From the NCBI GenBank assembly GCA_963693365.1, contig CAVNZM010000001.1, forward strand, positions 990,054-1,054,053: a stretch of 64,000 nucleotides of DNA, in the 5' to 3' direction. The position numbers were made by a program, and so were the translations under genes. Below, piece by piece: positions 1 to 12,679 of this stretch. The stretch's first letter is position 1. Each line of letters opens with the position of its first letter. Source of the DNA: Amoebidium appalachense. Lineage: Eukaryota; Protista; Ichthyosporea. Below the pieces are notes generated by a model that saw nothing but the letters and a program-made list of their open reading frames with translations, was not told where the DNA came from and ran no database searches.

Positions 1-811
1 GACATCAATGTTTAGACACGACTGAACTGAATTTATTCTGATCTTCGAATAAATACCTGAAATTCCTCTAAGTCCAATCCATACATGATTTCCGACCAGT
101 CGGAAATCAGATCCATCTCTAATAGAAACCAATCACTAAGAACCAATTGCTTTCAGAGAGATCCGGTACGCGGAGGCGTACACGATAGGACACAGACACT
201 AGTTAAGATCAACTCGTGTCATCATCAAGGAAGTTCTAACCTATGACATACTGCAAAGACTCAGACATATCACACTTAACCTTGATGATTGGTTAAAGCC
301 CGGCAACACATGAAAACTAAAGTGAATTAATGAAGTCTAAACACACATGCTATTCTAAGTGTAGCCTAAGTGTGTTACCGTCCAATGAACACGTATTAAG
401 TAACACAAATCTACCTAACATATATTAGTAGAAAAGAAATACGATTATACACATGAAGACAAGGAGAGAAAGAAAAGAAAATAAGGAAGGAGAAAGAGGA
501 AGGAAAAGAGAGCACAGATCAACAAACAAGATAGTAATAGCATAACTATAACCAGAGATATTTATGTACACACGAACATGTACACGTCTCTCCCTGAGTG
601 GGTGGATCCGTGTACACACATATAAATATTCTAATCGATATTACAATACACGATTAAAGCCGATACAACACGATTACAAGTATACAAGCATATCGGAGAT
701 CGATGCTACACTTTACATAATAGGAGTGTGGCATTTACACTAAGCATATGAACTGAAACATAACACAAACTGAGAAGATCTTACCATATGTAAATACTAC
801 GTATTACAACA
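1..811 (-). repeat. Copia family A LTR, cut by window edge
   Basis: Near-identical to 53825-54741; ends ...GTATTACAACA (= TGTTGTAATAC on minus). Confidence 0.9.
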
Positions 812-1578
812 CCCGTTAACTCCAAAGTTCCCCCCTCCAACCTCGAGCCCGATGATGACGTTTCCCTCATCGAGCCTGATCCCGTTCCTGTTGCCCTTGC
901 CCCACCGACACCCCCCCCCCCACCGGCCCCCCTGCCCCCGTTCAGTTTCTCCCCGATGCCAACAACCATGCTCCCGGCAACGTCACCCCCATCCGTCCAG
1001 GCTCCCCCGACACTTTCCACTCAGCCCCAGCCAGCCCCGAGGCCCCAGCCCCGGCCGTCCCTGGTTTCCACGTTCCCCCCCTCCGGCTCTGGCACTAACC
1101 GTGCCTCCCCCCCGTCGTTCAGCTCGACTGCAAGACAAGCTCGGCCTCCAGGCTTCCATCCTCCTGCCCGTCCCCCACCCTCCCACCATCAACATTGACC
1201 AGCTGCCCAAACCCCTCCGTCAACTGTGCTCCGGCCCCAACGGAGACAGGCTGCTTTGACTACTGAGTACCAAGCCTTCGTCGACAAAGGCATTTTTGAC
1301 CTTGTCGACCCCCCCCCCCCCGGTGCCAACATCGTCGGTTTCAAGTGGATCGTCTCTGAGAAAACCCTCAACTCAGCTGGTGACACCAAGATCAAGGCCC
1401 GTGGTGTTGCTCAAGGCTTCAGTCAGGAGTTCGGTGTTGACTATGAGTTGACTGAGAGCCCCGTCATCCGTCCAGCTGCTCTCCGTGCCCTCCTGGCACT
1501 TGCCGTCGTTTAAGGCCATGACATTCATCAACTCGACGTGTCCACGGCCTTCCTGAACAGCCCACTCACCGAGACCAT

Positions 1579-2313
1579 TGTCATCTTCACATGATTCTCA
1601 GCAAGACTTAGAAGTTGAGTTTTGTATTTGTTTATTAGTTGTTGTATTGTTTCCTTTTCCTTTCTTCCTTTCTTTCTTTCGTTTCTGTTTCCGTGTACAC
1701 GACATCTTAGATCTGTGTACGTATCGACATACTTAGCTCGCGCACACGTATTGTCGTTTGTGTCAAAATCTGTATATGTCATCCAATCATATCTCGTTTG
1801 TATTTTCCCAAATATAGTAACTTACATTCCTTTCTCATTCCTTTCTCACGACGTAGCATTGTGCTATGTTCTCCAACTATTAGGAATAATTATATTTAGA
1901 CGTGTTATGATAAGAACATGTATAAATGTATGTTGTGAACTAATAGTTACATAAGTGGTTTCATTTCGTTAAATGTTTCCGTGCTTTTATTAGAAGTTTC
2001 TTTCATTAGAGGATTGAGTTTTATATTCTATGTGTCGACAGACATTTTGATCGATATATTTTACACTCATAGTTTTCGTCTTTCTGATTGGAAAATAGAG
2101 TTTTCGTTCTTTTCATTGGTTTATCGTTTTCACATTCCCAAGTATAAAAGGGACTTCATCTTGGAATAAATATCAAGCAGTCGTATTAATTTCCTATGGT
2201 TCCAGAAATCGTTCCACCTCTCCGGTTGTGTTTCTCCCGTGTGTCTCTGTGTTGTGTCTTACATAACACCCATCTGTGCTCTCTGCTTCTCCGTTTACCC
2301 ACACAAAACAATA
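1579..2313 (+). repeat. Solo LTR, family B
   Basis: TGTCATC...ACAATA flanked by TSD ACCAT (1574-78, 2314-18); RT sequence resumes across it. Confidence 0.92.
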
Positions 2314-2376
2314 ACCATCTACATGAAACAGCCCCCCGGGTTCATCACCACGGCTACCTTCGGCAAGGTGTGGTGC

Positions 2377-3562
2377 TGTTAAATTATATAAGTATTTGGG
2401 ACGGAAGCAGAGACACAGCAAGCACAACATCCACGAGTCGGACACCTTTAGTGCCGGTCATCATGCCGAGAAAAATGACTTCCCACTGAAAATTGGTGGT
2501 TTTGCTATCGGGACCAGTCTTCCCTTCACCTTTCCACATGGTTATTTTGTTTACACCAGTTTTGTTTGGATCCATGATTGAAAAACGATCGCTAGTTCTA
2601 GATGTGTGTAGGGAGCGTGCAAAAGGGCTGCATAACCTGTTAAATTATATAAGTATTTGGGACGGAAGCAGAGACACAGTGGTGCAGTGTGAAAACACCA
2701 CAGACACACACAACAACAAGACACGGAACGATCGGAGCAGTGTACACAACAGACATCAATGTTTAGACACGACTAAACTCAATTTATTCTGATCTTCGAA
2801 TAAATACCTGAAATTCCTCTAAGACTAATCCATACATGATTTCCGACCAGTCGGAAATCAGATCTATCTCTAATAGAAACCAATCACTAAGAACCAATTG
2901 CTTTCAGAGAGATCTGGTACGCGGAGACGTACACGATAGGACACAGACACTAGTTAAGATCAACTCGTGTCATCATCGAGGAAGTTCTAACCTATGACAC
3001 ACTGCAAAGACTCAGACATATCACACTTAACCTTGATGATTGGTTAAAGCCCGGCAACACATGAAAACTAAAGTAAATTAATGAAGTCTAAACACACATG
3101 TTATTCTAAGTGTAGCCTAAGTGTGTTACCGTCCAATGAACACGTATTAAGTAACAAAAATCTACCTAACATATATTAGTAGAAAAGAAATACGATTATA
3201 CACATGAAGACAAGGAGAGAAAGAAAAGAAAATAAGGAAGGAGAAAGAGAAAGGAAAAGAGAGCACAGATCAACAAACAAGATAGTAATAGCATAACTAT
3301 AACCAGAGATATTTATGTACACACAAACATGTACACGTCTCTCCCTGAGTGGGTGGATCCGTGTACACACATATAAATATTCTAATCGATATCACAATAC
3401 ACGATTGGAGCCGATACAACACAATTACAAGTATACAAGCATATCGGAGATCGATGCTACACTTTACATAATAGGAGTGTGGCATTTACACTAAGCATAT
3501 GAACTGAAACATAACACAAACTGAGAAGATCTTACCATATGTAAATATAACGTATTACAACA
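2377..3562 (-). mobile_element. Internally deleted family A copia (5' LTR 2638-3562, PBS, gag start, last ~40 bp of 3' LTR)
   Basis: TSD GGTGC (2372-76, 3563-67); gag start MDPNKTGVNK matches 53762. Confidence 0.9.
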
Positions 3563-5019
3563 GGTGCCTCAAGAAAGCTAGGCTACGGTCTGAAGCAAGC
3601 CTCCAAGGCCTGGTATGACTTCCTCGACGTCCGGCATTCTCTTGGCCCACGGTCTCCTCAAAACCAAGACTGACCCGTGCATCTACCTCCGGTTCTTCCC
3701 CAACCAGGATGTTGTCCGTGCTGGCAACTATGTGGATGACTCCACCATCACCAACACCCGTGGTTCTGATGCTGCCCGTGACCTGGCTGCTCACATCGGC
3801 AAGATGGCCAGCTGCCGTATGAGCCCGTTCGATCGTATGCTCGGTGTTGATTTTCACCATTCCGGCCCCCACCACCTTCACATGCACCAGAAGTCCTACA
3901 TCATGGACATCATCCATGACTTCAATCTCACCGATGCCAAGTCTAAGGATACCCCGATCCCTGCCGGCACCAAAGTATCTCTGGCTGACTGCCCCCCTCA
4001 ACCGTTCATCGTCCCCTACCGTGAGCTCCTCGGCCGTCTTCTGTGGGTTGCACGGTGCACCCGGCCCGACATTGCCTATGCCATCGGTTTCCTCGGCCGA
4101 TTTAGCAGTAACCCTGGCAAAGCTCATTGGGACCTCCTCCGTCGTGTGGCCCCGTACCTTCTCGGCACCATCGATCTAGGTGTTGAGTACAAGTACACGG
4201 CCACCCAGGACCCCATCCTTGTGTGCTACACCGATGCTGACTTTGCTGGTTGTATCGACAGCAAGAAGTCTACCACAGGCTTTGTCGTCACCTTTGCTGA
4301 TATGCCTATCGTCTGGTACTCCAAACTTCAACCCATCACGGCCGCCAGCACCACAGAGGCTGAGTTGATAGCTTTCAATGCCGGCACCCAGGAGGTTGTG
4401 TGGCTCCGTGACCTCTTCAAGGAGCTCGGTTATCCGATGGCTGCCCCCACCCGGTGTACTGTGACAACCAATCCACCATTGCCATCGTCCACTCTACCGG
4501 TATCAAACACCGTACGAAACACATTGCAGTCCGTTACCACAACACCAAGGATTACATTGCCAGTGGGGACGTGGTGGTTAACTATGTCGAGTCTGCCAAC
4601 AACTTGGCTGACATCCTTACCAAGTCACTGCCGGGTCCCAGCCATGTCACTCACCGTGATCGACTCTGTGTGCCCGACCTTGTGCAGTGATCATCGTGTG
4701 GTCTTCTACTACACCTGGGGCCCTGGACAGCAGCTTCCTCTACACTGCTTCCCAGTTGGAACGTCTACTACTACGATTCTGTATATGTATTTTTTTTTTT
4801 GCCTTAAGTGGGGTTTGCCCACTTTAAGGGTTCATCGATTAGCACAACACAATACACCTGAGGCTAGCCACCTTTGCGAATACTGGCCGACTCCCAGTCC
4901 CACTGAGTCACAACACATAGGTTAATGTTTCCACGGCTGGCTCCCGTTAATATATATATTATACCTTCACCTGCATATTTTATTTTCTTCCTTGGTTGTT
5001 TTCCTTCCTTTGCTGTTGT

Positions 5020-5053
<34 letters not shown>

Positions 5054-5182
5054 GCCCCATCCTTTAATTTTTATTTCTTCTTATTTATTTTTCACTTTCC
5101 GTTTCCGTTCTCAAGTGGGGAGTTTTTAGAGATTCAGTGGGGATATATGTGAGAACACAAACTTCAAGTCTTTAAGTGGGGA

Positions 5183-5598
5183 TGTTGAAGTACGTAGTTT
5201 GTACATGTGTAAGATCTTTCAGTTTGTGTTTATGATTCAGTTCATAGCATTAATGTAAAAATCACCCTCCTTGTTCGTAAAATTGTTAATCGATCTCAAA
5301 TATGTTTTCGTGTCTGTAATCGTGTCATATTGGCTCTAATCGTGTGTTGATCTAAAGATTAGAATATAGATATGTGCCTGCACGAATCCACTCAGTAAGA
5401 GTGCTCGTGCACATGTTTGTGTGTACATGAATATCTTATGTTGTAACTGTGCTATCGTGTTCATGCTTGTTGTTCTGTGTTCCTCTAATTCTCTCTTCTC
5501 TTCTTCTCTTTTCTTTCCTCTTTTTCTCTGGTGTTCATGTGTGTGATCACTGTTCTTTCTCACTAATATACGTTGAGTCAATTCGTGTGAAGTAGATG
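5183..5598 (+). repeat. Truncated 3' LTR of the A2 element
   Basis: PPT AAGTGGGGA immediately before TGTTGAAGTACG; diverged relative of LTR-A; interrupted by an LTR-A end fragment at 5599-5637. Confidence 0.8.
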
Positions 5599-5720
5599 TG
5601 TTAAATTGTATAAATATTTGGGATGAAAGCAGAGACAAACACATCTTCTGTGTTTAGCATCCACAGCCTTACAGCTATATATTCCTTTTCTTCTCCCTAT
5701 CTTTCCCTACGCCGGTCAGC

Positions 5721-6881
5721 ATGCCGCCGAAAAAGCGCCAGGCCTCAGCCGCCGCCCCTGCCGCGGCACCTAAACGCCTGACCCGCAGCGACCTCCGCCA
5801 CAGGCTGACCAACGCTCCCGCAGGCACTGACGCGCCTCCAGCGGCCCATACCACCACGGACCCTCCGGCTACTCTCCCCTCTACTCCTGAAGTCCCTCCT
5901 CAGGCCCCACCGTCCCCGCCGATGACTTCTCAAGACGCCGTCCTTGCCGCCCTCACCGCCATCAGCACCCAGATGGCTGGCGTCCTGGCCGCTCTCACCA
6001 ACCGCGACCCTCCCGCGCCCCCCGCCGCGCCCTCCGCACCCGGGGAGGTTTCCCTGGGGCTGCATCTCGGCCCTGACCTGGATCTACCTGCCCTGCCCGT
6101 GCCCCCCATTACAGGTGAGAACCCTGGCGACATTCAGCCGGGCACACTCCCGCTTCCCCCCGCGGATGTGCTGGCGGATTTGCGCGCCAATCGTTTCGTC
6201 GACCTGTATAAGTTCACCCCCGTCGCCCTCCTGGCCCCATCCAAGAAAGGTCAGCATCTGCGCATGGCCGACGACGGCAGCATCGAGACTTTTCGCCAAG
6301 ACAAACCCGTTCCCCTGCGTTCACTCGTCATTTGGATCCAAGCTTGGACCCATTACATGGCCGCCAAGCACCACCTCGGCCTCCCCACGGACAAAGAAGT
6401 ACTTTGGACTCAGCACATCACTCGCCTCAGCACCCGATACCCGTGGGCCCAGATCCACAACTATGACGTATACGCCCGAACCGTTGCCCACCAACAGGGT
6501 CGGGCTCCGATCGAGTGTCCCAACCTGCTCGCCCAACTCCACCAGGATCTCCTCCTGCCACCCACTCTGCTCATCCCGGACGCATGTCAGCGCTGCGGCT
6601 TCCCCGACCACCCCAGCGCGGCCTGCCCCATGTACCCCAAGCCCGGCTGTGGTCTTGATGGTTTCGAGCCGCCCCACAAGCCCGGCGGGGGACAAACCCC
6701 CCACCGACCCGGCCCGCAACCCGGCCCGGCACCACCGGCTCGACCCGTGGATCTACCCGCGACACACTGCAGGAATTTCCACAACGGTCGGTCCTGCGCT
6801 AAGCAGCCCTGCCCCTTCTCCCACGTGTGCCCGCTCTGCTCTGGCACACACCCCCGCAAAGACTGCAAGCACAATGCCTAG
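5721..6881 (+). CDS. DIRS/Ngaro gag-like protein, 386 aa
   Basis: Open ATG-to-stop ORF; RFVDL and WIQAW motifs; CxxCxxxxHxxxxC knuckle and C-terminal CRNFHN...C...C..SH.C..C..H...C fingers. Confidence 0.85.
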   Translation: MPPKKRQASAAAPAAAPKRLTRSDLRHRLTNAPAGTDAPPAAHTTTDPPATLPSTPEVPPQAPPSPPMTSQDAVLAALTAISTQMAGVLAALTNRDPPAPPAAPSAPGEVSLGLHLGPDLDLPALPVPPITGENPGDIQPGTLPLPPADVLADLRANRFVDLYKFTPVALLAPSKKGQHLRMADDGSIETFRQDKPVPLRSLVIWIQAWTHYMAAKHHLGLPTDKEVLWTQHITRLSTRYPWAQIHNYDVYARTVAHQQGRAPIECPNLLAQLHQDLLLPPTLLIPDACQRCGFPDHPSAACPMYPKPGCGLDGFEPPHKPGGGQTPHRPGPQPGPAPPARPVDLPATHCRNFHNGRSCAKQPCPFSHVCPLCSGTHPRKDCKHNA

Positions 6882-6991
6882 TCTACGCGCACACCCACAC
6901 CCACAGATAGAACATAGGGGCTAGGAGCTAGGTTACACGGGTCCAGGGACACGGAGCTCGGGAAAGGGGCACTAGGGCTGAGTAAAAATTT

Positions 6992-7830
6992 TCGCAGGCC
7001 AACTACGGCGCCCGCGCGCGCCAAGAATAAATGTCCCTACACAAAGACGTTATTCTGGCCACTGCACATAATTTTCCTCCCCCCCCCTCATCCCTCGAGC
7101 CTCCCCCCCCTTACACTCACCTAGCACTCCCCTCCCCCCCCCTTCTTCTCACTCGGTGTACGCCCACACCCGCGCGTGCTCAGGCATCCCCTGCACAGGG
7201 CCCCGCTACCCTGCCTGCAAACCCTCCCTCGGGCCCAGCTGCCCTACTCTAACCCCCCGGGGCCCTGCTGCCCCTCCCCCCCCCCCTCCCCCCCCCCCCC
7301 CCCCCCCCGATGCCGGGATCTCCCCGAGGGTGCCCCACCCTTGCTAACCACCCCTTCCCCCGAGGCTCAGCCCCGGAGGCCCGCCCGCTGCCCCAGCACC
7401 ACGTTGACACCTCGCAGGCCAACTACGGCGCCCGCGCGCGCCAAGAATAAATGTCCCTACACAAAGACGTTATTCTGGCCACTGCACATAATTTTCCTCC
7501 CCCCCCCTCATCCCTCGAGCCTCCCCCCCTTACACTCACCTAGCACTCCCTCCCCCCCCCCTTCTTCTCACTCGGTGTACGCCCACACCCGCGCGTGCTC
7601 AGGCATCCCCTGCACAGGCCCCCGCTACCCTCCCTGCAAACCCTCCCTCGGGCCCAGCTGCCCTACTCTAACCCCCCCCGGGGCCCTGCTGCCCCTCCCC
7701 CCCCCCCTCCCCCCCCCCCCCCCCCCGATGCCGGGATCTCCCCGAGGGTGCCCCACCCTTGCTAACCACCCCTTCCCCCGAGGCTCAGCCCCGGAGGCCC
7801 GCCCGCTGCCCCAGCACCACGTTGACACCT
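6992..7830 (+). repeat. Two tandem copies (~420 bp) of the post-gag segment of YR copy 1
   Basis: TCGCAGGCCAACTACGGCG...GTTGACACCTC repeated at ~6992 and ~7412. Confidence 0.9.
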
Positions 7831-8173
7831 CCCGCCTCCGGGAGCTGCTGGCCCCCCAACCCAGCCCAATCATTCGCCGCGCAGCTCCTCCGTAACCAAC
7901 TTCCCCGGGCCCGACGACTCCGACCTTACCTGCAACCGGAGCCCTGCCCCTTCCCCTTCTGGGTCCACAAGTTCCTATTCCTTCCCCTGGGCTCACCCCC
8001 CCCCCCCCCCCCCCCGGCCCCCCCCCCAGATCTCCCCTTCCGGAGCAACGCTGGCCGATTGGCCCCCCACTTTGCTCCGGCCGAGCTGCTTCGTGCCACC
8101 ACTACCCTGCAGGAATGCCAGGCCCTGAGTCTCAACCTCGACTCTCGGGCCTTTTACTCCCGGGTGCAAAAAA

Positions 8174-9091
8174 GTGTTCATCGATTTCTGTGTGGCATCT
8201 CGGCTGCAATCCTCCTCCGGGTCCTCCCTCCCGGCCTCCCCACACACCGTGCAACTTTTTCTCGCCTGGTGTGCCCAACGAGGGGTACAGGCCTCTTCCT
8301 TAACCGGCTACAATTCGGCCATCACCAGGCTCCACCTCGACATGGGCCTCCCTGCTCCCTACCCCCACGACAAGTCTCTGGCCTGGTTCCTACGGGGGGT
8401 GGGCAGATGGCAGCTTTCTCACAACATCCGACCCCGTTCATCCACCAGGGAACCCCTCCTGCCCTCCCACCTCAGCCTACTCCATGGCCAGTGCCCCACC
8501 AAGGCCTCCTCGGCCAATATCCGGCTATGGACGGCCCTCATCGTCGGTTTCTGTGGTCTCCTCCGTTCAGGGGAATTTACCTCCAAGACCCTGACTTCTT
8601 TCGACCCGTCCCGTCACGTTAAACGGAAGGACGTGACCTTCAGCTACACCCCCACCGGTACTTTGTCCCATGCCACCCTCCACCTGCCAACCTCTAAGAC
8701 GGATGTACAGGCCCGCGGTGTCAACGTCACCCTAGCTGCCCTGCCCCTCACCCACTTCTCCCCAGCCCATCTCCTCCGGCAGTTCCTGGATACAACGTCC
8801 GGTCAACACGACAACCCCCTCTTCAGTCTCGGTGGCATCCCCTACACCAAGAGTGCTTTCTCTGCCGATTTCCGTGCCCTCCTCTCCCGGGCAGGCCTCT
8901 CACCCTCCCGGTTTGCCGGACACAGCCTCCGCATCGGGGGGGCCACAGCACTGGCTGAGGCCGGGGTCGACGACTCCCGGATCAAACAACTCGGCCGGTG
9001 GTCCTCCGACTGCTTCCTGATCTATACCCGACTTCGTCCGGCCTCCATTGCTGCCACCACCACACGTGTATTCGCCTCTATTCTTAAGTGA
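8174..9091 (+). CDS. Tyrosine recombinase of DIRS-type retroelement (true start probably upstream, across a frameshift near 8168)
   Basis: LLRSGE, SKTD, GHSLRIGGA, LGRWSSDCFLIY = R-K-HxxR-W-Y catalytic set. Confidence 0.92.
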   Translation: MFIDFCVASRLQSSSGSSLPASPHTVQLFLAWCAQRGVQASSLTGYNSAITRLHLDMGLPAPYPHDKSLAWFLRGVGRWQLSHNIRPRSSTREPLLPSHLSLLHGQCPTKASSANIRLWTALIVGFCGLLRSGEFTSKTLTSFDPSRHVKRKDVTFSYTPTGTLSHATLHLPTSKTDVQARGVNVTLAALPLTHFSPAHLLRQFLDTTSGQHDNPLFSLGGIPYTKSAFSADFRALLSRAGLSPSRFAGHSLRIGGATALAEAGVDDSRIKQLGRWSSDCFLIYTRLRPASIAATTTRVFASILK

Positions 9092-12000
9092 AACCTTTGG
9101 AGCAAGCATACTGCTCTCGTGCCGTGGTTTACAACCATTGCAGGTTCACTTTCGTCCAAGGGGATGTCCCCCTAGAGGCAACACACGTCCCGGAGTAGTT
9201 GTCATAGAGGTTTTATTTGTGGAAATTATTGACATAAATATTTTTTCTGGGTAAACACGTAGGATGGGTGTTCGATACCAACATAACCATGTAGGCTTCA
9301 TTTCGTGTTTTAGCAGTTAGCGGTTGGCTGCCCGCACACGGGCACCTATTAGCCAGTCAAAGCTATATATTCCTTTTCACCCACCCACCTACACCCACAC
9401 TCAACCCCCATTGATCCACACATATGTGCTGTTTTTTCACGGGGCGGAGACTTCCCCCGTTTTTTGGGCACATGGACCTCACGGATCAATAAAATTGATG
9501 ACTGGGGGCTTGCCGTGGTTTACAACCATTGCAGGTTCACTTTCGTCCAAGGGGATGTCCCCCTAGAGGCAACACACGTCCCGGAGTAGTTTTCATAGAA
9601 CAATAAGATGACTCACCAATAGTCGCGAGTGAGTACATTATTAAATTGTATAAGTATTTGGGATGTAAGCAGAGACACAGTGGTGCAGTGTGAAAACACT
9701 ACAGACACACACAACAACAAAACACGGAACGATCGGAGCAGTGTACACAACAGACATCAATGTTTAGACACGACTGAACTGAATTTATTCTGATCTTCGA
9801 ATAAATACCTGAAATTCCTCTAAGTCCAATCCATACATGATTTCCGACCAGTCGGAAATCAGATCTATCTCTAATAGAAACCAATCACTAAGAACCAATT
9901 GCTTTCAGAGAGATCTGGTACGCGGAGACGTACACGATAGGACACAGACACTAGTTAAGATCAACTCGTGTCATCATCAAGGAAGTTCTAACCTATGACA
10001 CACTGCAAAGACTCAGACAAATCACACTTAACCTTGATGATTGGTTAAAGCCCGGCAACACATGAAAACTAAAGTAAATTAATGAAGTCTAAACACACAT
10101 GCTATTCTAAGTGTAGCCTAAGTGTGTTACCGTCCAATCAACACATATTAAGTAACACAAATCTACCTAACATATATTAGTTTTGTTTGGATCCATGATT
10201 GAAAAACGATCGCTAGTTCTAGATGTGTGTAGGGAGCGTGCAAAAGGGCTGCATAACCTGTTAAAATTGCATAAATATTTGGGATGAAAGCAGAGACACA
10301 GTGGTGCAGTGTAAAAACACCACAGACACACACAACAACAAAACACGGAACGATCGGAGCAGTGTACACAACAGACAATCAATGTTTAGACACGACTGAA
10401 CTGAATTTATTCTGATCTTCGAATAAATACCTGAAATTCCTCTAAGTCCAATCCATACATGATTTCCGACCAGTCGGAAATCAGATCTATCTCTAATAGA
10501 AACCAATCACTAAGAACCAATTGCTTTCAGAGAGATCCGGTACGCGGAGACGTACACGATAGGACACAGACACTAGTTAAGATCAACTCGTGTCATCATC
10601 AAGGAAGTTCTAACCTATGACATACTGCAAAGACTCAGACATATCACACTTAACCTTGATGATTGGTTAAAGCCCGGCAACACATGAAAACTAAAGTAAA
10701 TTAATGAAGTCTAAACACACATGCTATTCTAAGTGTAGCCTAAGTGTGTTACCGTCCAATGAACACGTATTAAGTAACACAAATCTACCTAACATATATT
10801 AGTAGAAAAGAAATACACTTATACACATGAAGACAAGGAGAGAAAGAAAAGAAAATAAGGAAGGAGAAAGAGAAAGGAAAAGAGAGCACAGATCAACAAA
10901 CAAGATAGTAATAATATAACTATAACTAGGTTTTATTTGTGGAATTTATTGACATAAATATTTTTCTGGGTAAACACGTAGGATGGGTGTTCGATATTGA
11001 CATAACCATGTAGGCTTCGTTTCGTGTTTTAGCAGTTCGCGATTGGCCGCTCGCACACGGGCACCTATTAGCTAATCAAAACATCAGATTCCACATATCG
11101 CTAGACCGATTTTGATTGGTTCGATTCAGATTCACATATCACTGGATCGATTTTCAATTGGCTCAGGTCGGTAGGCTTAGGTATATAAGCAAGACAGTTT
11201 TCAGCAGATCAGCAAGCTACAAACACATCTTCTGTGTTGAGCACCTACAGCCCTTACGGCTATACATTTTCTTTTCACACTCCGTGACAACTCTTGACAC
11301 GAGCTTCTGTCACACCTTGACAATCGTGCCATCCTTGCAAGTTCAGCTTGCCCTCGTGTCCTCCTCGCAAGTTAGGCTTGCACTCCTGCCAGTTCCGTCC
11401 CGGTTAGGGCTAGTCGCCCTACAAGTTCCTCGACACTTCAAGAAGATTTCCTGACATGGTCCCTCACGCGCCGCGCCGCTGTGATCTAAGTCCCTACCAC
11501 TCGTCTAATTTCAAACCCCGTTTTCAATTCCGATGGCCTAGAATTTCACACCCCGCTTCGATCCGCATTGACTATCCTCGCTCATAGTCCTTGCCCGATT
11601 GCTCTTCTGAGTATTCAAATACGGTACTCCAATCGCGTCGCTTATGTTAAACCCAGTCAAAGCACCTTGTGCTTTCCTACTGTTCAGGAGTCCTGACCCC
11701 AAGTCCCTGCCAGAACAGCTTACCGTGTTCAACCCGCCTCCTTCCCTGTTTTCCCAACCTGTTTCCCGCCATGTCTCCCCCCACCATGACTTCACTGTCG
11801 ATGGATACCTCACATTCCATTGGCCTGCCCCGCATTCCAGCAGCATTTTTTTTTCCTCAGATCACAAGGCCAGCCTCGTCGAGATCTCAGCTACCCCAAA
11901 CCCTGCACGGCCCCAGTTCCCCTGCAGCTGTTCCCCCCCTGTTCCACCCGACCCCGGCCAGCTACACATGCTGCCAGGTCCGGTCGTTCCCATCCACGTT

Positions 12001-12679
12001 TCTGCCCAGCCAGCCTACCGTGCTGCCTGCCCATCCACGTTTCTGCCCAGCCAGCCTACCGTGCTGCCCGCCCCCGTTTCCAAAGCCCCTGGCCCGACCC
12101 AGTTAACCTTCTCCGTCCTGACTTACCTGCCTTTGACCCTGCCTCCGTCGTGCCTGATCCCAAAACCAATCCCGTCAAGCCCCTCCTCCCCTCCCTGTTC
12201 CGGCTTTCCCAGTAACCCCCGAGCAGCAAGAACCCTCAGGCTCGACGCCCCTCCAAACGAATTTCAAATTACGCGACCTCCGCAACCAGCTGCCCAACGC
12301 TCCCGCGGGCACTGACGCGCCTCCGGCGGCCCCCACCACCACGGACCCTCCAAGCCACTCTCCCCTCTACCCCTGAAGCCCCCCCTCAGGCCTGTCCCAT
12401 GTAGTACCCCAAGCCCGGCTGTGGTCTAAGACTTGATGGCTTCACACCGCCCCACAAGCCCGGCGGGGGACAAACCCCCAACCGCCCTAACCCGCACCCC
12501 GGCCTGGCAACACCGGCCCGATCGGTGGAGCTACCCGCCACGCACTACATGAATTTCCACATTTAAGGTCGGTCCTGCGCTAAGCAGCCCTGCCCCCTCT
12601 CCCACGTGTGCCCGCTCTGCTCTGGCACACACCCCCGCAAAGACTGCAAGCCTAATGCCTAGTCTACGCGCACACCCAC

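Larger units (their letters stand above)
812..4690 (+). pseudogene. Disrupted Ty1/copia pol (IN C-terminal linker, RT, RNase H), subfamily A2
   Basis: RRSARL, KIKARGVAQGF, GNYVDD, YTDADFAG, YCDNQS, RTKHI and ADILTK motifs; has frameshifts and a stop; interrupted by insertions at 1579 and 2377. Confidence 0.93.
5638..9599 (+). mobile_element. Ngaro/PAT-like YR retroelement copy 1 (A1 truncated, RT/RH deleted)
   Basis: gag plus YR ORFs; B1 9120-9209, partial A2, B2 9511-9599 (split direct repeats). Confidence 0.88.

Noticed and set aside
425-619. Recurrent 64-76 aa ORFs (MCTRIHPL..., MVSIRD...)
   Set aside because: Lie inside repeated LTR-A; low-complexity, non-ATG starts.
4805-4950. Structured-looking 3' UTR segment, possible HDV-like ribozyme
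   Set aside because: Could not build the nested double pseudoknot by eye.
9120-9209. GGACGAAAG on the minus strand of the B repeat, hammerhead-like
   Set aside because: No CUGANGA core in the required position; only simple hairpins.
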